The notes under the pieces were generated by a model. The model was not told the origin of the DNA and did not search any database. It saw nothing but the letters and a program-made list of their open reading frames with translations. The translations under genes and the position numbers were made by a program. Of a stretch of 64,000 nt of DNA, positions 54,869 through 64,000 are shown piece by piece (position 1 is the first letter of the stretch; each line of letters opens with the position of its first letter). The DNA is from Setoptus koraiensis (taxonomy: Eukaryota; Animalia; Arthropoda), in assembly GCA_048013815.1 (NCBI GenBank), contig CM106586.1, positions 14,260,001-14,324,000 of the forward strand. The letters are read 5' to 3'.

Positions 54869-57191
54869 ACGCTACGGCTAGCTGGCTAAATCAATGCAAT
54901 ACTGACACCGGCGTCTGTGTGACTATTTGTATCTAATGTGTGCGCCATGATGAAACTCTTTTTATTTCCCACCGTAGGTCAACTGTTCTACTGCAACGTA
55001 CGAACAATGGTGGTTGCGGCGGCGGTTGTCGGCGGTTGTTGTCGGCGGTTGTCGAGGTGGTTGCAATGGCGCTCGGTGACGTTGTAGAGCTGAGCCGCAA
55101 ACCATACACCATAAACGTCGATGGTCAACTCTTGTGCGCCAGCCACCGCAAAAAAAAAAATTCAATATTTTCTCTCTTGTTTAACGGGCAGCACACTTTT
55201 CGTTGTTACGTAACGTTATTGTGAATTGTGGCTTTTGTTGTCTATCAGTATTGTTGTCAGTGTTGTTATTGTTGATGTTTGGCGCCATCATAATTGACAC
55301 CACACACACAAACAGCCGGGGGAGCATTCATGGTGGATGTTGCCCAGACCATGGGCGATTGGATGGGCACAATCGGGGTGCCTATCCACTCAGAGTCACT
55401 GTGGGCTCAAGTTGATGGTGAGCTCGACGAGCGCAAACGAAGCCCACAACCAAACGGAGCCCACAACCAAGCGGAGCCCGGCGACGAGACAGCGGCCAAG
55501 ACAGAGATGGAGAGCGGGTCGCAAATGAGTCGACACAGCATAGGTTTTAGTAATTGGTATCACGTAACATACTACTCGTTTTTCTACATTGTGAACAAAT
55601 GCAAATTGCTAGATAGACACATTGCGCTCAGACAGGTTGATCCTTGTGCCAGCAAGTTAATCTGCATACCACAGAGAGATATCAGACGGAGGGAGAGATG
55701 TTTCCTTACGGCGGCAAGCGTGGTTGTGCAAGTGGCGAATCGCATTCAAATATGCCCCACTACCATATGTCTGACAAGCGCATTCGCGCAACAACAACAG
55801 CAACGGCAACAGCACCAACAACAACAAAGTAAAACCATGGCATTATGTAACATAAGCAAATAATCATGTTGTTGCTGTTGGTTGAATCTTTATTGCACAC
55901 AAACACAAACACACACACACTCATACTCGCATTTATGGAGTGACTTTGCTGGTAACCTGTCGCCTAACACAATCTCTTTGCACAATCGTTTCTTCTTGCA
56001 CAAGACACAACAACCAACAAGAAACATTTTGTGGGATTTTACGACGCCGACCTTAGCATTAGCGAGAGATTAATGCACAGGTATTTTAAGTTATGTGTGT
56101 AGGTCCATGTTGTTGGCATCACTCTGCATTATGTAATGCATTATGTATTTGCAGTGTGTGTATAGCGCGCGACAGATAAATATTAATCTATCACAAGCTG
56201 GTGATTACACACACACACACTACAGGGTATAGTTGCTTGCAGCACTTGTTAGGCTTGTATTATCATCATCATTAGAATATTAATTCCAAGTGTGCTACAC
56301 GACTGACGGACGGCTAATCGTCAGGTGTGTGTGCATATATGCGTCTGGCTGGTTTTGCCGGAAGGCTCTCTCAAAAGCCGGTAAGCCAGCCACATGCGAG
56401 TGAGTTGATGCCTACCGAACGTCCAACTGTCAATGGCAGTTGGACAACTCACATCAAACGTTTGTTGTTTGACTAGCCAACAACAACACTTTTAATTGAC
56501 AAGACACACCTCCCATCATCAGCTGATTTCTAGTGATGCATGTTGGTATTGTTGCGTCTTCAGTTGCTCCCTGTCACTCACTGACAATCCCAACTCTCCC
56601 TCTCTCTCTCCCTCGCCCCTTATACCTGGCTTATATCTGGCTTATACCTGGCACAGTCTATAGATAGCCCATAGTATGCTGTGGCCTATATACTCTTACA
56701 TAATCATTATCAGCTGATTGGGCCAGCAATTGAATTGATGACGAAACGGCCTTGGTGTTGTCACATAAACTTAAACTTTTACTGGCTTCCTTATTTTTGG
56801 CCCGCATTATCCGTCCATCCGGCCGCCGCATTGCAGCGCCTACAGCAGCAGTCCTCTGTTCGTGCTCCCATTTATATTCACACACATTATTACATTATTC
56901 TAGCGTATGTGAGGGAGATCAATTGAGGTGCCGCTGACGATCAATCAAACGCCATCATGTCTCCTGTCTGGCGCGATATTTTGCAACAGCACACACACAT
57001 TAGCTATTCGTTCCACATGGTCTCTCAGAGTGTGTGTCTGAGAGAGAGAGAGAGAGAGGAGGGATACCTGTTCTTGCCGGCGATTATTATAATATTACGT
57101 AATATACAAATATATATATATATGTATATATGTAAGACTGGTCGTGACACAGTCATACGTCAGTAGTTGTTATGTAAGCGCCGACAATGGC

Positions 57192-57229
<38 letters not shown>

Positions 57230-58703
57230 GATGAAGCATGGCTAAAATGCAACAGCGACAATTTCATCAGACACATACAACAAAGACGACAATCCAGACA
57301 GGCTCAAGGTTATCGACGACTAGGCTGCTATCGATTATTGTCAAGCCAACAAAGATGCATCATTTTATCGAGCCAAGATTGTCGTGAGCCAAATACACAC
57401 TTATGTAACCCCATCTAGCCACAGGAAGTTCATATAGCACCAACGGAGTGTCGCTGTTGTAGGGAATGTGAGAATTGTGATAAAGAATTAGAGGATATGA
57501 GATAGTTGGGTAGTCACATGCAGCGAGCCATTGTTTGGCCTGTTGATGTGGCCTGGCAGTTATTCATAGTTTGACAAACTTACTCACAATTGTCAATTGC
57601 TGCTGCTGCTGCTGCTGTTGTGACTGACTATTTTTAGCTACATGTGACATAAAGTGCACATATTACGTAATACGATAGATATGTTTGCACAACAAGAGGG
57701 AAGCAATTAGCACGAGGTGAACTAACGACAGACGCATGGACATTTTCATCTAAATCAAGAGTTGACAACTGATGAATGAAAACTTGGGTCAATCATATCT
57801 GCCGGTTGTTGGCTTTCAATAACTGTCTTGGACTTGATGTTCGCTTACACACACACTCAAACACGGCCATTTCCTCGTTTGGATTAAGCGTTGATTCAAC
57901 CCCAGACTCTGACTATACTAATACTCGGGTGATAGATGGTCTATAGCTATGAACTGTCTCTATTTTAGTGACATTTTCACCCAGAGCAAACAAACATGCA
58001 ACTGCGAGTAAAACAATGTAGTAGTAAGAGTAAAGTGGCAATATGAAATTGTAGCTTGCACATGATTGTGCAAAATGCCATTGTTCTATTAAAATGAAAT
58101 TATTATTACATAACTACTATCTAGCTAGCAAGTATTAAGCAAGCTTTCATGTTTGTGTATAGGTGGAGTGGTAGTACGTATAAATAACTGACAACAATAA
58201 AGTGAACTATTATCACTCGCTATTTAAAATAAAACATGTTTGTTGTTGGTTGTTTTACAGTCAAATCCGATACGCTGATAGTGATGATGATGTTACTATT
58301 GCTGCTGGTGAACCACTAAAACTACTTTAACTACTCATTATTTCATAACAATAATTATGTATAATGAGAATTGGTTAGCACTACCAAACTAACACAGACA
58401 CACATATGATAGATGGTTCAATTGGCTAAGCTAATTGAACGTTTCCAGATGCGTCTGATTAGATTAGAGGCCAATTGTATATATCCGCACTCTATTTACC
58501 AACAGCACGATTTGATAACATTGACTTGTATGATTTGGTGTTGCTTGACTAGATCTAGATACTGGATAATTCAAGCAGATGACCTGACAACAAATTTTTT
58601 ACTTTCTTCTCACTGCCCGCCTCTATATTTGCTGGTCAGTTTGTCTGCCCGACAGAATGACCTCGCCACGTCACAACAGCAACCAACAACTAATCGCACT
58701 CAC

Positions 58704-58741
58704 CAGTTATAGTCACCATAAGATGCAAATAGGTTAGCCAT
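58704..58741 (-). CDS. Candidate short first coding exon MANLFASYGDYN(W/C) of an unidentified large gene
   Basis: ATAATGG start context, 38 nt to a consensus donor CTG|GTGAGT, and an upstream TCAGTT initiator at 59403-59408. No homology recognised. Confidence 0.25.
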
Positions 58742-59349
58742 TATCGTTACGGAGATAATACGTTCTCTGGTTGCCAAATTAGAACGAAACAAAGCGATCA
58801 AAGTGCAATCATACCCACAGCACCTGTTACTATTACAGTTAGTATAGTGTAAGTGTGACTATCTATCCCAACAAATAAGTGATAGCTTGCCAGAAACCAA
58901 CTGACATTGGGGCGAATACCATATCTGTTCATTGGCAGCTGTTGTTGTTGCCAATACTATCACCCATAATGCATAAGTCTCGGTTGCTGTTGTCGGTGTC
59001 GTTGCTGGTGCTGGTGTCGTTGAAATCCTTTGACCGGGCTGAAAACACGCTCGTACCGTATCTAGCCTGAGTTGTATCTCAGGATGGTGTATTGTCGTGT
59101 GGTACAGTATAATAAAATTCTCCAATCGAAGCCAACAATAACAACACTGAAAATGTGAAGGCAAGTCAAAGGATAGAGAGAACAACAATTTGATGAATCT
59201 CTTCAAATATTTTTTGAGTCAAGGTCGGCAAATTTGATTTTTTATATCTTTCTCATTCTGTCTTCTCGTTTGATCGGCTGCTGTCGATGATGCCTAAGCA
59301 ACGCTATGTAGACTATTGCAATTATGATGGAGTGATCATAAGTTTTTTA

Positions 59350-59520
59350 TCTCTCTCTCTCTCTCTCTCCTAAGTTGTAGCCTGCGTTGTAGAAAGACAG
59401 CCAACTGAGAGAGACAGGCAGACAATGAGAAGCAGAGAGAGATATAGAAAACATGCAACTCAGAAACTAAACAATAATTCAATCTAAAATGGAATCGCTC
59501 TAAAATTTGGCAAGCTAGCG

Positions 59521-59575
<55 letters not shown>
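59350..59575 (-). promoter_or_regulatory. Candidate GAGA-type promoter with TCAGTT initiator
   Basis: (GA)26 at 59524-59575 and (TC)10 at 59350-59369 flank a minus-strand TCAGTT at 59403-59408, just past the DCLK 3' end. Confidence 0.3.
59524..59575 (+). repeat. (GA)26 microsatellite
   Basis: Pure GA run. Confidence 0.98.
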
Positions 59576-59579
<4 letters not shown>

Positions 59580-60137
59580 GCAAGGCAACAATTTTAAATT
59601 TGTTTCTGTCAAAACATGTACATGGACAACAATTGTTGTTGCCTTTGTTACAAGTGTGCTGCAGGTCGGACTAGTGGTAGCACAACCACCACAATCACTA
59701 CTACTAAATCATAACTAGCCTACCAATCAATCATAATAGATGGCGATGACGACTACGACGACAAAGAAGTTGATTAACTGTCATATTGAGATAATTGGAC
59801 GTCATCTCGGTGCCCATTTTCAGACAAATACATACAATACTAGCGGTGGTGGCGACAAATGCTCCTGTCAACAACAATAACAACCGCCACTGGCTTCTAA
59901 TCTAGATCAACTTTCCTATCTGAGGGAGAAACCATGATGATAAACAAGTCATAATCAACGATTCTACATTATTTCCTCAAGTGTTTTATTCACAAATCCG
60001 TCTAGTTACTTACTGTGTTGACTACAGATTGCTATCCATTCACGCCTGGCCACGATAAATGCCACATTCAACACATGATAATATCCTCACAATGCTCATG
60101 TATCGTTGATTCCAAGAGATCACTTTCTACTTTAGTG

Positions 60138-60360
60138 CTAGACTACGATTGTTGAATGGGTCGATTCTAGAAAAAAAGGATTGCTCTTAGAACGGGTTCG
60201 TTTCTGACAATCACCAAAAAGCTTCCCGCGGTACATGGAACTAAAGAGTTTACTGAGAACATATTCAGAATCTTTTTCCACAAATTGATAATTGAACCAC
60301 ATTTTCTTACTCCGCCGATCTATCGCAATCACCAATAGTCAAATGTCGATACAGTGCCGT
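60138..60360 (-). CDS. Candidate alternative DCLK 3' exons (60311-60360 and 60138-60240): TALYRHLTIGDCDRSAD-SMYRGKLFGDCQKRTRSKSNPFFLESTHSTIVV-stop
   Basis: Poly-T acceptor ...GTTGTCATAG, a 70-nt GTAAGA...CTCTTTAG intron, phases compatible with the 60831 donor, and AATAAA at 59985-59990. No homology recognised. Confidence 0.3.
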
Positions 60361-60486
60361 CTATGACAACTCATTTGTTGTAAAAGAAAAAAAAATGATA
60401 AGTAGCGGGGAATAGACAATTTGAGCGGCGAAAGGGATCACACTAAATCTGATATTTGCGACTTCTTGGACTGATATTATGCAGAA

Positions 60487-60492
60487 TTTATT
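60487..60492 (-). promoter_or_regulatory. Polyadenylation signal AATAAA for DCLK
   Basis: TTTATT on the plus strand, ~130 nt 3' of the predicted stop. Confidence 0.5.
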
Positions 60493-60620
60493 GTGTTTCT
60501 CCTTAGTTAAAATATTATTTTCATTCACTAACTAGTTTTAAGAAGTAGTAGTAGAATTTACTTAAACTTCCTCTTTAAATCAAAGCGATTTTCTTCACTT
60601 GTAAGCGCAACAGTTTCGTC

Positions 60621-60701
60621 TCAGCGCTGCTGAATACTCTTCAAAGTCAGTATACGTGAAATGTTCATTGGCTCCAGCCCTTTGAAGTTTGTCGTTTCGC
60701 C
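60621..60701 (-). CDS. DCLK: DCLK probable terminal exon (GETTNFKGLEPMNISRILTLKSIQQR-stop)
   Basis: Acceptor TTACTCTCATAG after a 130-nt intron, phase 0 and open to TGA. AATAAA lies ~130 nt downstream. The peptide itself is not recognisably conserved. Confidence 0.6.
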   Translation of the reverse strand, partial: GETTNFKGLEPMNISRILTLKSIQQR

Positions 60702-62997
60702 CTATGAGAGTAACCAATCAGGGTGAAAGTAATGATAATAATAAGTCATTTCGCATTAGCTCTAGTTAAAATAGTTCAAAGCAACTGTGGATGTACAGAT
60801 TCTCTGCATTAATTATATGAATTCGACTTACTCTAGTCCATGGATGATTGAAAACCTGCTCGGCTGAATAACGTTTCTCTGGTTCGGCAGTCAACATTGA
60901 CCTAATGAGATCTTTGGCATGAACTGATACTTTGTCCCAATATGGCGATGCAAATGTGAATTCCCCAGCCAAAATAGCATCAAATAGTTCGTCTTGATCG
61001 CTTTCATTTTCACTCGAAAATGGAGGATAACCACAAAGTAATATAAAGCATATGATTCCGGTGGACCAAACGTCGACCTTGTACTCATAACCAGTCTCAC
61101 TTAGCATTTCCGGTGACACGTAAAATGCTCTATAAGAATCAACAAACAGAAAGAAAATTAATTGATAAGACAACTAATATACTAGTTGAATTTGGATGAG
61201 AGTATATGCATTGACTTACGTTCCACAAACTGTGTAAAGAGGTCCGGTCACCTCAACGGCTAGACCGAAATCAGCCAGTTTCACTGATTGACTTCCATCA
61301 TCTTGAACTGAGATTAGTAGATTTTCTGGTTTGATATCGCGATGGACAATTCCTTGGGAATGTAAATAGGTTAAAGCAGATGATAGGTTGTAGATCATGG
61401 TTGCTACGTCTGGTTCGCTGAACTTGGTCACGGTCGATATGGCATCGAAAAGGTCACCATCCTGCACGAGCTCTAAGATTAGATACAGTTGTTTGGGATA
61501 GTCAAACTCTTCAATCAACGTTACTATGTTGGCATGCTTAAGTTTCTTCAAAATATTGACTTCACTGTATATCATATCTTCTTTGCCTCTGCATTTTAGT
61601 TTGTCTATTAATTTCAAGGCACAAAATTGTTGATTAGATTTGTTCATACAACAATAGACCACTGAAAAGTGCCCATCGCCAATCGGACGTCCAACGTCAT
61701 ATCTGAGAGTAAGTTCTTTAGGAAATATAAGATGAGATGTTGTCATCATCACTTTAGCTTTGTTATTCGCGCTATCAACGGATTGTTGGTAACTGCTCTT
61801 TTGTTCCACTATATCATCTAATTTCTTATCGCTATTTTGTGTGGGTATAGTTGACTTGTGATTAGCATTAGGTGTTTTACTTGCCGGTGTTGTAGTGCTA
61901 CTTTTTGTTTCTTTTCTTTGATTAGTTTTATTTGATAGGATTCCACCATTGGCAGTCCCTTGACTAGAAGTTTTGTTGGGAGTTGCTTTGGCAATAGAAA
62001 GTTTTGTTCTATATGGTGTTCTAGTTTTTGGGGTTACTGACATCTGGTTGATACTTGTTCTGCTAGTTGGAGTCTGTGTTTTTGGCGTCAAAACGCAAAC
62101 ACCATTAGGTGTCGCGCCTGGAGCTGGGGTCCTATTATTAATATTGGCACTGTTCTTTGGCCTTGAGACAGGTGATCTAGCACCACCGTTTGCTGATGGT
62201 GTATCAGCTGGTTCTAGATTGAGCGCTAGTGAGGCTTTTAGTGCTCTAGACTTGGGAGCACTTGTTATACAAGCTGAATTGCGAATAAGCCAATTCATCT
62301 TTTCGTGAGCAAAATTGTATTCCATGGGTACAAAAGATTCAATTGATGAACATAAGTAAGTACTTCCGCCATAAAATGCTTCCAATGCGTTCACTAATTG
62401 TCCTTGAGAATCAAATATAAACCTAACTCCTTTACTGAGAGATATTTGATCGGCTAGCAATCGTGTTAGATCATTCAAAAGAGCATCAAAAGATCTTATT
62501 TTTTCTGTATTTAGGGCATAGTTCATGCCTGTAAAAAACTTGTCTCCATTTATGAAGAATCGAATCCTCTTGGCTCGATATCTATTCAATTGTAATTCAT
62601 ACAGTTTGCAGTATCGCACAGATTGACTGAGATTGTTGCCTGTATTTGTTTGAGCTTCGATGTTGTCAGTACTGTCCGAAGATCTACTGTCGCATGTATT
62701 CTCTTGTTTTGGTACAACTAATACATGACCATTGACTTCCTCATTTGACGTCTTTTCCTTAGAATCCATCTTTGGTGTATTAATTGTATTCAATTTACTA
62801 TTACAAGCTGCTCGTATAACTTCCATCGATTTAAGATTGGCTCCTTTCATAGGGGTTACTCGCATTGGATGAATATGAGATATTGGCGGTGGCGACGCGG
62901 AAGACCGAGATAGGGACGATGATGTTTCACTCGATGAAGATGCATGGTTTATCATTAGGCGAGGACTCATTTCTCGAGGAAGATATCCGAAATTCAT
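60621..62997 (-). CDS. DCLK: Doublecortin-like serine/threonine kinase (DCLK/ZYG-8 family); join of 61220-62997, 60832-61129 and 60621-60701, about 718 aa
   Basis: DCX motif AKRIRFFINGDKFFTG...RSFDALLNDLTRLL...YLCSS. The kinase has GDGHFSVV, ALK, KCRGKEDMI, GDLFDAI, HRDIKPENLL, DFGLA, PLYTVCGT, GYPPF, SPYWD and HPW, all closely matching the DCLK1 pattern. The spliced length is 2157 nt = 719 codons, with the frame conserved across both introns. Confidence 0.95.
60832..61129 (-). CDS. DCLK: DCLK exon 2 (kinase C-lobe, AFYVSPEM...HPWTR)
   Basis: 298 nt (1+297). Encodes kinase subdomains VIII-XI and ends at AGA|GTAAGT. Confidence 0.92.
61130..61219 (-). other. DCLK intron 1 (90 nt, GT-AG)
   Basis: Donor GTAAGT; pyrimidine tract TTTTCTTTCTGTTTGTTGATTCTTATAG. 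Splicing restores VCGT-AFYVSPEM. Confidence 0.92.
61220..62997 (-). CDS. DCLK: DCLK exon 1 (N-terminus, DCX domain ~62317-62574, T/P-rich linker, kinase N-lobe to activation loop)
   Basis: 593-aa ORF in the track, with an in-frame TAA upstream of the ATG at 62997. It ends at the donor GGAAC|GTAAGT (phase 2). Confidence 0.95.
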
Positions 62998-63600
62998 TGA
63001 CTGTTTGTTCCAAAGTTATCCTTTTTTGTATCTTTTTTCTGTCCTTATATTGATGGAATTCATGAGTTTTTGATATCTGTATGAATATAGTTTACCAAAA
63101 GACAATGTGACAACAAAAGTTATTGTTCAAAACTTAAGTTGTGAGTCATACTGGCAATAGGTAGTGTGTTTGAGCGTTTCGATGCTTATCACGCTAGCCG
63201 CCCACACTCAAATATGTTAGAAAAAATGTAATGCTGCTTCTTGTTCTCTCGTTAGTCGAGGTGGATTCGCAGATTAAGATGTTGTTACTGAATTACAACG
63301 ATGACTAGAGGAAATATGGAAGCTATAACAGTTTGAAAAAACATATTGCTATCTCAGATTGTTAGTGTCGTTAATTTGTTTGTATTGTTATGAGTTTTGT
63401 TTCAAAAATAGATTTGAGTTATATTACGCACTTCAGGTATGATGCTTGGTAATAGAGGCGATAGTTTTCTCCAGTTTAGACACTTTTCCATTTTCAGCGA
63501 ATAATTATAATTCTATGTGTGGCGTCATTGATTGAGTAAGATGGCACAGAGCCATAGAAAGTGTAACCAAAGAGACTTTTTTGCGCAAGCCTCTTTTCTA

Positions 63601-63608
63601 TATCGATA
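63601..63608. promoter_or_regulatory. DRE element TATCGATA
   Basis: Exact DREF-binding palindrome ~600 nt upstream of the DCLK ATG. A single 8-mer could be chance, and it could serve a divergent gene. Confidence 0.4.
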
Positions 63609-64000
63609 GTAAGTTATGTGTGTATAGTCTTAAGAATATCATATAAGAACCGTTGCCAATGATGCGACTTTAAATTGAATCTCATATAAAATTTTTCAAA
63701 GACTAAGAGCTGAATGAAGAGTTACAGTTGAATGGTGTATGGTGTGTGAGCTAAAATAATGTCTTGCCTCAATCAACTTATTTCTGTGCACAACAAGCAT
63801 CTGTGGATGCCGTTAAGTCACTAATCAATTAATTTTTTGTCAAGAGAAACGCGTCAACATCAGTTGTTAGTGTTAGGCTTATCTCTATTGATCAGAGGTT
63901 CTGATTGATGGTTGTGGATTTGTTTCTTAGTGATTCTGCGGTGAAACCAATAAATAATACATGTTGTTGTGTAAATAAATTGTATCTGTTTATGCTGCTG

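Larger units (their letters stand above)
1..57400. other. Microsatellite-rich, GC/CpG-rich non-coding domain (intergenic or giant intron)
   Basis: No recognisable protein domain in any of the many short ORFs. Dense (CAA/TTG)n, (CA/TG)n and (GA/TC)n tracts and 8-24 bp minisatellites. Confidence 0.75.

Noticed and set aside
110-57418. Hundreds of 60-260 aa ORFs in the track
   Set aside because: Mostly homopolymer or repeat translations (poly-C/L/V/Q/T/N, CVCV/THTH) open in several frames at once, with no recognisable domains.
57790-57842. miR-8-like hairpin (CATATCTGCCGG...AATAACTGTC...GATGT)
   Set aside because: The seed is disrupted by an extra base, the stem is ~17 bp with bulges, and there is no basal stem.
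58163-58330. Plus-strand micro-exon path giving VEWYQIRYADSDD...
   Set aside because: Needs an 11-nt exon and hand-picked donors, and ends quickly in a stop.
58520-58570. miR-279-like TGACTAGATC
   Set aside because: Only the seed region matches; the stem is short and the loop geometry is wrong.
60285-60306. KMWFNYQ as a homeodomain helix 3
   Set aside because: Lacks WFxN-R and the rest of the homeodomain.
60766-61173. Ends of the track ORF (MSYQLIFFLFVDSYR and VSRIHIINAENL...)
   Set aside because: These ends are intronic; the true exon is 60832-61129.
61973-62308. 111-aa plus-strand ORF
   Set aside because: Antisense shadow of the DCLK linker.

Overview
Eukaryotic animal DNA (GT-AG introns, AATAAA signals, DRE and TCAGT-type core-promoter motifs). 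It looks arthropod-like, possibly a mite, but the taxon is inference only. Only one gene is confidently recognisable: a minus-strand doublecortin-like kinase (DCLK) at 60621-62997 with three exons and about 718 aa. It has a single DCX domain, a Thr-Pro-rich linker and an intact CaMK-group kinase domain, and possibly an alternative 3' end at 60138-60360. The first ~57 kb is relatively GC/CpG-rich, saturated with micro- and minisatellites, and has no recognisable protein domain. Most short ORFs in the track there are repeat artefacts (poly-Q/N/T/C/L/V). The most structured signal in that region is regulatory: hand-counted excesses and clusters of TCAGCTGA (AP-4/E-box), GTCTAGAC (Smad element) and TTACGTAA/TTGCGCAA (bZIP), plus two identical Exd-Hox sites. 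A candidate minus-strand promoter and short first coding exon at 58704-59575 point into this region, so it may be a giant intron or cis-regulatory domain of an unidentified gene. I found no rRNA, tRNA, CRISPR array, transposase/RT ORF or convincing miRNA hairpin. All counts were made by eye and are minimum values.
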